From: Planctomycetota bacterium
Lineage (GTDB): Bacteria > Planctomycetota > B15-G4
DNA length: 64,000 bases
Direction of reading: 5' to 3'
NCBI GenBank assembly: GCA_965248575.1
Contig: CBDFJQ010000002.1
Coordinates: 800,001 to 864,000, forward strand
This document shows positions 19,035 through 28,623 of this stretch, one piece after another; the first letter of the stretch is position 1, and each line of letters opens with the position of its first letter. The position numbers and the translations under genes were made by a program. A model generated the notes under the pieces. The model worked only from the letters and a program-made list of their open reading frames with translations. It made no database searches and was not told the origin of the DNA.

Positions 19035-20636
19035 TCAGCGCATGTGGCGCTCGACGAGGCCCCAAGCGGCATCAGCCAGGATCGCCAGCAGGGCCGCCGG
19101 AACTGCGCCGGAGAGAATGAGTCTCGTATCGTTCAAGGCGAGCCCGGTGACGATGGGTTCTCCGAGTCCACCAGCACCAATGAAAGCCGCCAAAGTGGCG
19201 ACTCCAAGGGTGATCACGGTGGCTGTGCGGATTCCAGCCATGATGGTGGGACGCGCGAGAGGCAGCTCCACATGCCGCAGCGTCTGGCGAGGCGTCAACC
19301 CCATGCCTGTCGCCGCTTCGATGAGATCCGGGTCAACATCCATCAGGCCAGCGTAGGTGTTGCGCAGGATTGGAAGCAGCGCGTACAGCACGAGGGCTGC
19401 GTAGGCCGCATCCAAGCCGAGGCCGAGCCAGGGAATCATGAATGCGAGCAAGGCCAGGCCCGGGATCGTCTGGATGACCCCAGCAAGGGCGAGCACAGGC
19501 CCGGCAACTTTCTGGCGACGCCTTCCCCTTCGTGAGATGAACACGCCGAGCGGCAGCGACAGGAGAGTTGCGGTCAGGACGGCGCTGATCGTGAGCAGCA
19601 GGTGCTCCCAGATCAATCGCCCCGTCACCCCTAGCCGGGAAGCCATGAACTGACTCAGGCTACCGCGTCGCTCCCCAGCGCCGGTCTCCAAGGATGAGCC
19701 CACGCCTGCCGCTGCCCCTGGCGAGTCTCCGAGCAGGCCTTCTTCGAGCAGGAAGCTGCGGGCCGCCTCGTAGAAAGACAGGCCGTCGACTTCGACCCGC
19801 CCATTCAGTTCCTGCATGCGTGCCTCAGGCAGACGGAGCGCCAGTCGCTCGATAACCTCGCGGGCGCCCGGCGCGCGTCGCGCGAGGTCAGCTCGGACGA
19901 TGGGAGCGCACTGGTAGGGCGGCCAGAAGCCCAGGTCATCCTCCAGCACAGCCAGGTCAAAGCGCTGAAGCTTTCCGTCGGTCGTCCAGACGTCGACGAT
20001 GTCGAGCTCACCCTGCCGCAGGGCTTCGAACGTCAGTCCGTGGTCCATTCCGCGCAAGCTGTCGAAGCGCAGGTTGTAGGCTTCTGCGAGACCCGGCCAG
20101 CCATCCTCGCGTGCGAGGAACTCGTGGCTCACTCCGGCGCGCAGCCCTGTGCTGTGGGCGGCGAGATCCGAAAGCCGCTTGAGGTTGAGGCTCTCGGCCA
20201 GTGTTCGCGTGACAGCCAGCGCATAGCTGTTGCTGAACCCGAAGGGCGGCAGCCAATCCACGTCGTAGAGGCGGTTGAATTCGAGGTCAACGTGCACATA
20301 GGTGCGGAGCGGGTCCGTGGCGGCGCCCTGCTCCTTCAAGATGACGGCCCACGCCGTACCGGTGTATTCGGGGTACACATCGATCTCACCCGCTCGAAGC
20401 GCCTCGAAGGCGACCAGCGTTCCGCCGAGACCGTCCTTGAGCTGGACGTCGTAGTCCGTGTGAGCTTCCAGCATCTGCGCCATGAGCTGGGCGAGGATCC
20501 TGTTCTCTGCGAAGTTCTTGCTTCCAATGACGATCGGGCCCGTCGCGTCCTGGGCCAGGGAAGGCTGTCCGATCGCGGCCACGAGTGTGAGGCACAGGGT
20601 GACGAGCGCGCGTCCGCCGTTTCGTCTCGACATCAT
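19035..20636 (-). CDS. Osmoprotectant (glycine betaine/choline) ABC transporter, fused substrate-binding and permease domains
   Basis: IGSKNFAEN, DVYPEYTGT, GFSNSYAL and FWPPY, then permease motifs QTIPGLALL, LYALLPILRNT, EAATGMG, IGAGGLG. Confidence 0.9.
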   Translation of the reverse strand: MMSRRNGGRALVTLCLTLVAAIGQPSLAQDATGPIVIGSKNFAENRILAQLMAQMLEAHTDYDVQLKDGLGGTLVAFEALRAGEIDVYPEYTGTAWAVILKEQGAATDPLRTYVHVDLEFNRLYDVDWLPPFGFSNSYALAVTRTLAESLNLKRLSDLAAHSTGLRAGVSHEFLAREDGWPGLAEAYNLRFDSLRGMDHGLTFEALRQGELDIVDVWTTDGKLQRFDLAVLEDDLGFWPPYQCAPIVRADLARRAPGAREVIERLALRLPEARMQELNGRVEVDGLSFYEAARSFLLEEGLLGDSPGAAAGVGSSLETGAGERRGSLSQFMASRLGVTGRLIWEHLLLTISAVLTATLLSLPLGVFISRRGRRRQKVAGPVLALAGVIQTIPGLALLAFMIPWLGLGLDAAYAALVLYALLPILRNTYAGLMDVDPDLIEAATGMGLTPRQTLRHVELPLARPTIMAGIRTATVITLGVATLAAFIGAGGLGEPIVTGLALNDTRLILSGAVPAALLAILADAAWGLVERHMR

Positions 20637-21430
20637 CCGAAGTGCTCCTGGACGAAGCCTTGCACGAAGTCGCCTTCGGGGCGGTCGCGGAAGTCCTCCT
20701 CGGTCCCGACCTGACACAGTTGGCCTGCATCCAGCAGGGCCACCCTGTCCCCGAGCTCGAAGGCCTCGCGCAGATCGTGGGTGACGAGCAAGGTGGTCTG
20801 GCCGGTGGTTTCTTTGAGGTCCTTGAACTCGCGACGCAAGCGGGTTCGGGTGATGTTGTCGAGCGCTCCGAAGGGTTCATCCATCAGCAGCAATGGTGGG
20901 TCCATGAGCAGGGCGCGGGCGACGCCGACCCGCTGGCGCTGCCCACCCGAGAGCTGGGATGGGCGCCGCAGCGCCACCTCGTCGGGGTCAAGGTGGACCA
21001 ACCGCAGGAGGGTGCGCACTCGCTCGCTGATTCGGTCAGGAGACCATCCGGCGAGCTCAGCCAGCAATCCCACGTTGCGCTCGACGTGCATATGGGGGAA
21101 GAGCCCGCCCGACTGGATCACGTAGCCCATGCGCAACCGGAGTTCCTGAGCGGGCTGATCCCGCACACTGACGCCCTCGAAGAGCACGTCGCCACGGCTG
21201 AGGTCCACGAGGCGATTGACCATCTTGATCAGGGTGGTCTTCCCGCAGCCGCTCGTGCCGATGATGCAGAGCGTCTCGGCTCTCCTGACGGCCAGGTCAA
21301 GGCTCGCCACGGCGGCGACCGGCTCGCCGTTCGGCGCGGTGAAGTCCACGCCCGCTGCGCGAAACTCCAAGGCAAACTCGGTTTTGCCGCTATGCTCGTC
21401 CGGCCTGAGTTGGTGCGCCTGCTCAGTCAT
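20633..21430 (-). CDS. Osmoprotectant ABC transporter ATP-binding protein
   Basis: Walker A GTSGCGKTT, LSGGQRQRV, LLMDEPFGALD, VTHD. Confidence 0.92.
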   Translation of the reverse strand: MTEQAHQLRPDEHSGKTEFALEFRAAGVDFTAPNGEPVAAVASLDLAVRRAETLCIIGTSGCGKTTLIKMVNRLVDLSRGDVLFEGVSVRDQPAQELRLRMGYVIQSGGLFPHMHVERNVGLLAELAGWSPDRISERVRTLLRLVHLDPDEVALRRPSQLSGGQRQRVGVARALLMDPPLLLMDEPFGALDNITRTRLRREFKDLKETTGQTTLLVTHDLREAFELGDRVALLDAGQLCQVGTEEDFRDRPEGDFVQGFVQEHFG

Positions 21431-21500
21431 CACACTCTGTCATCACACCCTGTCTTCTGGCCGGGACCCTGCCGCGAGAGATCACACGATGCATTGCACC

Positions 21501-22298
21501 ATGAACACCACGAAGCCCGCGACTCCTCCGCAGAAGATCCGTAGGGGCAGGGGGGCGAGCGCCAGTTTGCGAGCGGCTGCACGCTGGCGCCTTGCAGCGC
21601 TGTGCCTGGCCTGGGCGTTCTGCGGCGCTGAATCTCTGGCACAGACCACGCACATCATCACGACCTCCGGCTTCAGCTTCAGCCCCAACAACATCACCAT
21701 CTCCAAAGGTGACACCGTGCGCTGGACGAACCTCCAGGGCAACAGCCACAACGTGGCGCAGACAGACTGCCCAGCCACGCCGACATCGGTCTACAACGGC
21801 GGTTTCTTCTCGGGCTTCGGCGGTGACGTCGACACCTTCGAGCTCGTCTTCAACGATGTCGGGGAGTTCTGCTTCATCTGTCAACCGCACGTTTCGTTCA
21901 GCATGAACGGACACATCACGGTGGAGCCTGTCTGGACGGACCTCGGCGGCGGAACCGCCGGCGTGAACGGCGTGCCATCACTCGTTGTAGACGGCCCCCT
22001 GACTGCCGGCTCCAACTTGTCCTTGAGTCTCACGGATGCTGCGCCCAATGCGGCGCTGGTGTTCTGGCTGGCGTTCGCACCGGTGCCCTTCGCCGCCCTG
22101 GGTGGCACGGTCTGGGCCTTTCCCTACAACCTGCAGGTGATTCGCACGAGCAATGCTTCGGGTGCGTTCAGCCAGAGCGTGCCCTGGCCCGCCGGGGTAC
22201 CGGTCGGGACCGAGCTCTCGTTGCAGTTCCTGATTCAGGATCTCTCGGTGCCCTCGGGCATCGTGTTGGCCAACGGAGCGTTTGCCACGACGCCCTAG
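21501..22298 (+). CDS. Secreted plastocyanin/azurin-type cupredoxin with an extra C-terminal domain
   Basis: FSPNNITISKGDTVRWTN, type-1 Cu ligands HNV...CQPH...M. Signal peptide ends AESLA. Start 21489 or 21501. Confidence 0.85.
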   Translation: MNTTKPATPPQKIRRGRGASASLRAAARWRLAALCLAWAFCGAESLAQTTHIITTSGFSFSPNNITISKGDTVRWTNLQGNSHNVAQTDCPATPTSVYNGGFFSGFGGDVDTFELVFNDVGEFCFICQPHVSFSMNGHITVEPVWTDLGGGTAGVNGVPSLVVDGPLTAGSNLSLSLTDAAPNAALVFWLAFAPVPFAALGGTVWAFPYNLQVIRTSNASGAFSQSVPWPAGVPVGTELSLQFLIQDLSVPSGIVLANGAFATTP

Positions 22299-22312
22299 GT
22301 GCTGGAACCGTG

Positions 22313-22347
22313 GGTGTGGCCCCCTGGAGAAACAAGGGGGGTGCACC
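22313..22347. terminator. Possible hairpin terminator between convergent genes
   Basis: GGTGTGGCCCCCT-N9-AGGGGGGTGCACC imperfect inverted repeat between the cupredoxin gene and the end of the PKS cluster. No clear U-tract. Confidence 0.3.
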
Positions 22348-22380
22348 TTCTCCGGTCGCGCTCCAGGCCGCAGGCGAGCC

Positions 22381-23094
22381 TCAGTCCTGGGACGCTCGCA
22401 ACAGGCCGTAGGGGTCATGGGCTGAAGAGGCGGGCAACGCGACGACGCTGTTGAGCCCTGGCAGCACATCGGCGCGCGCGAGCAAGGCCACGGTGGCCCG
22501 GAAGGCGGGCGTGGTGCTCTCGATCGTGCGCTCCAGAACCTCGATGACACCCACCACCGCTGCGGGACACTCACGGTCATCGAGCAGAGCCACGGCCTCC
22601 CGTAGGGCCGCGCCTTCCGTGGCCTCCTCACCTGAAGTGGGGGCGGTGGTCGACAGGCACAGGCTCACACCGCGGATGTCATGTCGCAGCGCCACTTCGC
22701 CCAAGCTGGTGCTGGTGAGGGTGTAGGGGAAGAGCGGGGCAGCCACCTCCTCGTCGTCGAGGCTGTCTGCAAAGCGGGCGTCCGTGTCGAGCGCGCCCCG
22801 TTGTGTCTCGATCACGATGGCCGTCTCTTCCGCAAGCTCCAGCGGCAGCAGTTCGGAGAGCCCTGCTGCCTCTGCTGCAAGGACCAGCGCACGAGAGACA
22901 TGGTCCAGTCTCCGGAAGGTCGGGTCCCCACGGTCGAAGGCGGCCCGAAAGGCGCGTCGATCCGCCGGGTGGTCAAGCCCCATGTCCCGCCAACGCCGGT
23001 CCACGCCGCAGCTCCCCACGACTCCGGTGGCGTCCACCGAACCTACGGCAAGCACCCGCGTACCGACGTCGAACGCTTGCGGCACGTCCGTCAT
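22381..23094 (-). CDS. Beta-ketoacyl synthase N-terminal-like protein (non-catalytic KS partner)
   Basis: FRRLDHVSR, APLFPYTLTSTSLGEVALRHDIRG. No catalytic Cys-His-His. Confidence 0.7.
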   Translation of the reverse strand: MTDVPQAFDVGTRVLAVGSVDATGVVGSCGVDRRWRDMGLDHPADRRAFRAAFDRGDPTFRRLDHVSRALVLAAEAAGLSELLPLELAEETAIVIETQRGALDTDARFADSLDDEEVAAPLFPYTLTSTSLGEVALRHDIRGVSLCLSTTAPTSGEEATEGAALREAVALLDDRECPAAVVGVIEVLERTIESTTPAFRATVALLARADVLPGLNSVVALPASSAHDPYGLLRASQD

Positions 23095-24248
23095 GCCTCC
23101 AGCACCAAGGCGGCCTGGACTCCGCCGAAGCCGCCGGCCACCTTCAGGGCACGATGGGCACCGGGGAGCTTGGTTGACGTACGCAACAACTGCAAGCGTG
23201 CATCCACGCCCAACTCCCCGAGACCTCGATTGGCGGGGGCCTCGCCGCGCTCCAGACTAGCCATCAGCAACAGGGTCTCGAGCACTCCGCTGGCACCGAG
23301 CGTGTGGCCGGTCTGGGCCTTTGTCCCGTAGGCAGGCGGCGTCTCTCCACCAAAGAGGGCGACCATGCCGTGCGCTTCCGACAGGTCGTTGGCCTCGGTG
23401 CCTGTGCCGTGCAGGTGCAGCACGTCCATGTCCTGTGGGCTCAGGGATGCGCAGTGGAGAGCGCGTTGAGCTGCGAGGGTCAGCCCGCTGCCATCGAGCC
23501 TTGGGCGGGTGACATGCGCCGCGTCATTGGCGCCGCCGTGCCCAGCCAAGAGCACACCGAGGGATTCAGTTTTCAGCGCGCTGAGCAGGAGGGCGCCGGC
23601 GCCATCCCCCAGGGTCACCCCGCGTCGCTGCGCGTCGAACGGACGACAGGCCCCGGGGTCCAGCGCATGAACGCTACCGAAGCCCGCAAGAATGAACTCC
23701 GTGAGCACATCCACACCCACCACGAGCGCTCGGTCGAGTTCTCCCCGGGCCAGGCGGCGGACGGCCAGGGCGAGAGCGACGAGGCCTGACGCACAGGCCG
23801 TGGACACGGTTACGGGCTCCGGCGATTCGGGTCCCCAGCCGAGGGCCTGCTGCAAGCGCACGCCGAGGCGTCCAGGCAGTCCGAGGCCGCGTTCGGGTTC
23901 TCCCCGCAAGCCGCGCAAGTCACCCTTGGTGGAGGCCAGGAACAGCCCCAGCCGCGCGTTTCCCGCAGCGGGGATGGAGGCGGTCGGTTGGTTGATCGCC
24001 TCGGTGGCAGCCGCGTAGGCCAGGCCTAGAGCCAGGTCTCCGTCGAAGCGAGTCTGCAGGGCTGTCGCGTCGTCGCCGGTAGGAAACTCGGCGCACACGC
24101 TGGTAGGAGCCCGGAAGGCAGCCGTGCGCGCGCGAGGCGCGATGGCCGTTTCCCCCGCAAAGACCCGGTCGATAAGCGTCTCGGCACCGAGCCCGAAGGC
24201 GGAGGCCGCGCCGCGGCCAGCGATACTCACGCGGCGTCGAAGCGTCAT
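23091..24248 (-). CDS. Beta-ketoacyl-ACP synthase (FabB/F-like ketosynthase)
   Basis: STACASG (Cys), LHGTGT (His), KAQTGHTLGASG (His), GGFGG. ATG at 24248. Confidence 0.88.
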   Translation of the reverse strand: MTLRRRVSIAGRGAASAFGLGAETLIDRVFAGETAIAPRARTAAFRAPTSVCAEFPTGDDATALQTRFDGDLALGLAYAAATEAINQPTASIPAAGNARLGLFLASTKGDLRGLRGEPERGLGLPGRLGVRLQQALGWGPESPEPVTVSTACASGLVALALAVRRLARGELDRALVVGVDVLTEFILAGFGSVHALDPGACRPFDAQRRGVTLGDGAGALLLSALKTESLGVLLAGHGGANDAAHVTRPRLDGSGLTLAAQRALHCASLSPQDMDVLHLHGTGTEANDLSEAHGMVALFGGETPPAYGTKAQTGHTLGASGVLETLLLMASLERGEAPANRGLGELGVDARLQLLRTSTKLPGAHRALKVAGGFGGVQAALVLEA

Positions 24249-25027
24249 GGGCTGTCCTGCTCTGACGTGGCAAGATCCGTGACGCCCAAGCTGTCGATGG
24301 TCAATCGGTAGCCGAACCACTCGTTGATCAACTCGACTCGGGTGGGCACTCCGGAGCGAGCGTCCGTCCAGTCGTAGAGGACGCGGATGAAACCGGCGGG
24401 ATCGCCGTCGAGGCGCGAGAAGCTGCGTTCGCGGAGTTTCCCGTTGAGATAGGTCTCGCGCACACGCTCCTCACCCAGCATCTCCTGGCGTTCGGACATC
24501 CCCTCGACGGGAGCGACGTCGTCGAACCACGGCCAGAACACGCGTTGAACATCGAGCAAGATGAAGCGCGGCGGGAAGGGCAGCTCGCGGTCGGTTTCGT
24601 TGCGGTAGCTGAGCTGTGTCTGCTCAGCTGAACCCTCCGGGGCCGCCCGAAGCGTGATCACGAAGCCCACGGAACCGAGCGGGGTGAGGCCGAGCAGGGT
24701 CAGGACATCGCCCTGGATCTGCAAGGCGGCATCGAAGCCGTGCTCGCCGCTGGGTCGTTGCTCTTCGTCGTGCGTTGGTGAATCAAGATCGAAGCCGCCC
24801 GCCTCTCCCCAGCGAGCCGTGACCCGCTGCTGGATCATCAAGTCGCGCCCAAACAGCTTGGGGGAGCGGAGTTCGCCGGGATAGTCATCGCCGTTCAGGG
24901 CGCGTGCCTGACCCTGCTGGGACGTCGCGCAGCCAGGCAGGAGGAGCAGCGTCGCGACCAGCACCCAGCGTGCAAGCGAGCTGGGGTGCGGGGTGAGGCA
25001 CGGGGTGCAAGGGCGACGAAGTCTCAC
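24245..25027 (-). CDS. DUF3261-like lipoprotein of aryl-polyene clusters
   Basis: LLPGC lipobox; LTLLGLTPLG and PPRFILLDVQRVFWP. GTG start overlaps the MMPL stop (GTGA). Confidence 0.7.
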   Translation of the reverse strand: MRLRRPCTPCLTPHPSSLARWVLVATLLLLPGCATSQQGQARALNGDDYPGELRSPKLFGRDLMIQQRVTARWGEAGGFDLDSPTHDEEQRPSGEHGFDAALQIQGDVLTLLGLTPLGSVGFVITLRAAPEGSAEQTQLSYRNETDRELPFPPRFILLDVQRVFWPWFDDVAPVEGMSERQEMLGEERVRETYLNGKLRERSFSRLDGDPAGFIRVLYDWTDARSGVPTRVELINEWFGYRLTIDSLGVTDLATSEQDSP

Positions 25028-27441
25028 GGGGAGGCCTCCGTGCGAGGTGCCGGTTGAGCAGCTGTCGGTTGAGCAGGTGTGCGCGGAAACAAGAGCCGGG
25101 GAAGCGGCGCAAGAAACAAGCACATCAAGATGCCAAGGCCCGCTGTGGAGCCGATGCTGAAGAGCGAAGGATGGTTGGAAAGCGCCAGCAGACCGAAGCC
25201 CAGGAGCGTCGAAAGAGCGGACACGAAGAGTGCCAGCTGGGTCGCACTCAGCGCTTCTTGCTCGTCCCCGGCTTCCGCCAGGAACACACCGTAGTCCACG
25301 CCCATGCTGACCACCATCAGCAAGGCCACCAGCGACAGGATGTTCAGGGCGACGCCGAGCAGGGAGAGCAAACCCACGGTCGCAGCGGCCGCGAGAAAGG
25401 CCGGCAGGCAGGAGGAGAGGGTGGGGTACAGCGCCCGATGGCGAAGCGCCACGAGCAGGACAACCGCCACGAGACCCAGCAACAGCAGCCGCAGCATTCC
25501 CTGGCGATAGGAGCCGTAGGCACTGTCCAGCGTGCCCCGAATATCGATCAGGTGAACACCTGGCAGAGCGCTGATCCGCTGCCCCAGGGCCGCCTCGTGC
25601 TCGACGCCCGCGAGGAAGCTGAGCACGGCATGCCGCTCCGGGAGCTGCACGCGATACGGACGAACAAGCGCTGCCATGGGTGTCGCGAGGAGGTCGTCCC
25701 AGCGCAGGGGTGGGCCCGCCACTTGCGCAAGGGAGTCCGCGAAAGGAGAGAAGGCCTCGGTCACGAAGCCCTGCGCCTGCAGGGCCTCTCTCAGGCGTGG
25801 CCAGAGGCTGGGGTCCGTGCGAAGAGCCTGGTCGGAGGCGATCTGCTTGGCTGCACTGGGCAGCAGCAGACCCACGCCACTGAAGGACTGCAGCTCGCCA
25901 GCCGCTTGAGCTGCCAGCAGGGCCTCATGGGCCAGGTCATTGGCCTCCAACGCCTGCTGTGAGCTGTCGCCCACCGCCACGACAAGACGACTTTGCTCGA
26001 GGCGCACGACCTGCTCCCGCACCGCGGCGTCCTCAGCCATGAGCTCAGGGTCGAGACGGTTCAGTTGGGAGAGGTCGTCATTCCAGCTGACGTGCGTCAG
26101 ACCCACCGCAGCCAGGGAGACCCAGACCAGCAGCCCCAGCCAAAGGGCGCGGGTGTGCAGTCCCGGACGAGCGAGGCGAGTCATGAGGGCGTCGATCCAG
26201 CTCGCCACGCGCCTGGTGTTGCGTGTCGGAAGCGTCTGAGCGCCTAGCAACCCGGGCAGGAAGACCCGCGTCGAGAAGAGGGCTGCGGCGATGCCCGTGC
26301 TGGAGAAGACGGCCAGCTCACGCATGCCCGGAAAACTCGAGGCGAGCAGCGCGACGAACCCAACGACGGTCGTCGCTGCTCCCAGGGAGAGGCCGTTCCA
26401 GAGTTTGCCGAGCGTTGCGCGGGCACCCGCTGGGTGCGGGGCGAGGACCTGGTGGCACTGGACGTGGACGGTGTAGTCGATGCTCACGCCGATCAGCGCC
26501 GCTCCAAACGCCAAGGTGAGCCCGTGGATGCTGCCGAAGATCAACAAGCAGGCGCTCGTGCCCACCAGGAAGCCGGCCGAAACGACCGGCAGCGTGAGCA
26601 GGACCAGGCGCAGGGAACCGAAGAGCCACAAGAACAGCGCGAGCAGGCCGACGATGGAACCAGCCGTGACGCGTGAGATGTCACTGCGGATGGAGTCCTC
26701 CGCTGCGAGAGCGAAGCGGCTGGCGTCGCTGGAGCGCAGCCGGAGATGCTCGCCATGCGCAGCCTGCAACTCCTGGAAGTGTCGCTCAAGGCGTTCCAGC
26801 AAGGGGCGCTGCGCGCTCGAGTCGAAGGCAGGTGCCTTGCTGCCGAGGAAGAACACGGCACCCTCGCCGTCCTTGGTCAGGAAGCGGTCTTCCGCGATAC
26901 GCAGTTGGCCACCCTGGGTCGTGGAGAGGGCGTCGAACAGCTGGGGCAGGATCAACAGCGGGTCGCGCGGGGCGACGCGGCTGACCATTCCTGACATCGG
27001 CGATGCGAGCTGCCGTTTCAGTTCGCGGGCAGCCGCTTCCAGCGCCGCGTCATCCAGGGCTGTGCTCCCGTGCTGGCCGAAGGCGAAGCGTCGTGGCTCG
27101 TACAGGGACCAGAGCGCCTGCTCGACGCCCTGGGGTACGCCGGCTTCAAAGAAGCTCAGCTCCGCCATGAGGTCTTCGTCCCCGCGCAGACCCGATTCAA
27201 ACGCCCGGCTGACGGCGAGAGCCTCGGCTTCCGAGCCGGCATGGATCAGGAGCACCTTGGTCCGGCTCAACTCGCCAGCCGCCAGTTCTCGAGCCAAGCT
27301 GACGCGCTCGTCGGCCTCACCTCGAGGGAGGAAGTGCGTGATGTCGCTGGTAACACGGAGTCGCAGCCCGACGAAGAGCCCGAGCGTCAGCAGCACAACG
27401 CAGCCCGTCAGGACAAGGCGACGCTCGCGACCCGGGATCAA
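25024..27441 (-). CDS. MMPL/RND-family exporter of aryl-polyene-type clusters
   Basis: 805 aa with two TM bundles; DITHFLP, DPLLILP, FGAALIGVSIDY, SMGVDYGVF, STLLGFGLLALS. Confidence 0.88.
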   Translation of the reverse strand: MIPGRERRLVLTGCVVLLTLGLFVGLRLRVTSDITHFLPRGEADERVSLARELAAGELSRTKVLLIHAGSEAEALAVSRAFESGLRGDEDLMAELSFFEAGVPQGVEQALWSLYEPRRFAFGQHGSTALDDAALEAAARELKRQLASPMSGMVSRVAPRDPLLILPQLFDALSTTQGGQLRIAEDRFLTKDGEGAVFFLGSKAPAFDSSAQRPLLERLERHFQELQAAHGEHLRLRSSDASRFALAAEDSIRSDISRVTAGSIVGLLALFLWLFGSLRLVLLTLPVVSAGFLVGTSACLLIFGSIHGLTLAFGAALIGVSIDYTVHVQCHQVLAPHPAGARATLGKLWNGLSLGAATTVVGFVALLASSFPGMRELAVFSSTGIAAALFSTRVFLPGLLGAQTLPTRNTRRVASWIDALMTRLARPGLHTRALWLGLLVWVSLAAVGLTHVSWNDDLSQLNRLDPELMAEDAAVREQVVRLEQSRLVVAVGDSSQQALEANDLAHEALLAAQAAGELQSFSGVGLLLPSAAKQIASDQALRTDPSLWPRLREALQAQGFVTEAFSPFADSLAQVAGPPLRWDDLLATPMAALVRPYRVQLPERHAVLSFLAGVEHEAALGQRISALPGVHLIDIRGTLDSAYGSYRQGMLRLLLLGLVAVVLLVALRHRALYPTLSSCLPAFLAAAATVGLLSLLGVALNILSLVALLMVVSMGVDYGVFLAEAGDEQEALSATQLALFVSALSTLLGFGLLALSNHPSLFSIGSTAGLGILMCLFLAPLPRLLFPRTPAQPTAAQPAPRTEASP

Positions 27442-28220
27442 GGCTCCAACCCGAAGAGATCGGCACGCTCCTGCTTTGAGAAACGGCGCTCCGTCTCGGC
27501 CTGCTGGATGGTGGTGAGGGTCGTGTCGCCGTTCTCCTCCGTGAGCTCAATGGTCTCGACCAGGAAGCCGCGGCCTCGCAACGTCAAGCGGCGCAGCATC
27601 TCGGTCAGCGGCTTGGCGCGCGGGGTCAGCTTGAGCGTCCATGCCTGGGGTGGAGTCGCCGCGTCAAGCGCTGCGCCTTCGGCCGCATCTTGGTCATCGC
27701 GTGTGGCGGGTTCCTGCTTGGGGGTATCCAAGGGTGTGAACTCGAGCTCGTAGGATTGTTCAAGGGTCGCGTGATCACCGGCGAGGATCTTGACGACGGA
27801 CGTGACGAAGAGACGCAGATCTGCGTTCTTGCTGAGATCGATGCTCTGTTCGCCTTCGGGGCCCTCCATATGCAACGCGCTGGGAGAGATGCGCAGCCAG
27901 GTTGGTTGGACACCGTCCACGACCCGCGTCAGGTGGCCTGGCCGCAGGTAGTAGAGCCGACCGCGCGTGGTGAGAGGTGCCGCGAGCAGCGCCAGGGACT
28001 TACTCTCGACGAAGGTGGCCTCCAGCCCTTGCACCCGGGCGAAGCCAGCCAGCAGAGACGCAACGTCACGGGCCTCTGCGGGGGGCGTGACGGCGACGTC
28101 CGTGGCGGCGGGAACCTGCTCTTGATGGCTTTCCTGCGCCCGCGCCGCCCCTGCGATGCCGAGGGTCAAGAACGCCGGGGCGAGCAGACTAACGAGAAGG
28201 GAGGCGTTCCAGGATGGCAT
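27438..28220 (-). CDS. LolA-like outer-membrane carrier protein
   Basis: Signal peptide ending AARA; ATFVESKSLALLAAPLTTRG, WTLKLTPR, GDTTLTT. Start 28220 or 28253. Confidence 0.75.
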   Translation of the reverse strand: MPSWNASLLVSLLAPAFLTLGIAGAARAQESHQEQVPAATDVAVTPPAEARDVASLLAGFARVQGLEATFVESKSLALLAAPLTTRGRLYYLRPGHLTRVVDGVQPTWLRISPSALHMEGPEGEQSIDLSKNADLRLFVTSVVKILAGDHATLEQSYELEFTPLDTPKQEPATRDDQDAAEGAALDAATPPQAWTLKLTPRAKPLTEMLRRLTLRGRGFLVETIELTEENGDTTLTTIQQAETERRFSKQERADLFGLEP

Positions 28221-28623
28221 CGGGTGTCGCCGGGAGAAGGGTGCCTGCGTCATCTGTGGTCGCCAGAACGGTCACGGCTCGGCAGCTCCAGGGCGTGGCG
28301 GAGCGCTCGACGGGATTATAGATGTCGTAGGCCACTCGTATCAGGGGGGTGTTGGCGCTGAACCACGCCGTCACCAGGGGGCAGTCTCCCAAGCTCAGCG
28401 GTGCCATGTAGCGACAACGTGCGTCCGTCACGAACATTCGATAGCCGAGCTCGCGGATCTGGGGCACATCCAGGTCGACGCTGGAAAGCAGCGCCATCCT
28501 CGCTGTCTCGAAGAACTCGAAGTAGCGACCGTGCCAGACCACCCCCAGCGGGTCGCAGTGGTAGAAGGCGATAGGTGGCAGCTCAACGGTCACCGCATGC
28601 TCAGGGCGCTTGGGCGGGGTCAC
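28189..28623 (-). CDS. Acyl-CoA/ACP thioesterase (4HBT hot-dog family)
   Basis: FYHCDPLGVVWHGRYFEFFETAR. GTG start overlaps the upstream stop. Confidence 0.85.
   Translation of the reverse strand: MTPPKRPEHAVTVELPPIAFYHCDPLGVVWHGRYFEFFETARMALLSSVDLDVPQIRELGYRMFVTDARCRYMAPLSLGDCPLVTAWFSANTPLIRVAYDIYNPVERSATPWSCRAVTVLATTDDAGTLLPATPDAILERLPSR

Noticed and set aside
25051..25076. Short direct repeat cggttgagcag (also caggggatt twice near 42063-42080)
   Set aside because: Low-complexity coding tail or short slippage repeat; no evidence of a target-site duplication or function.
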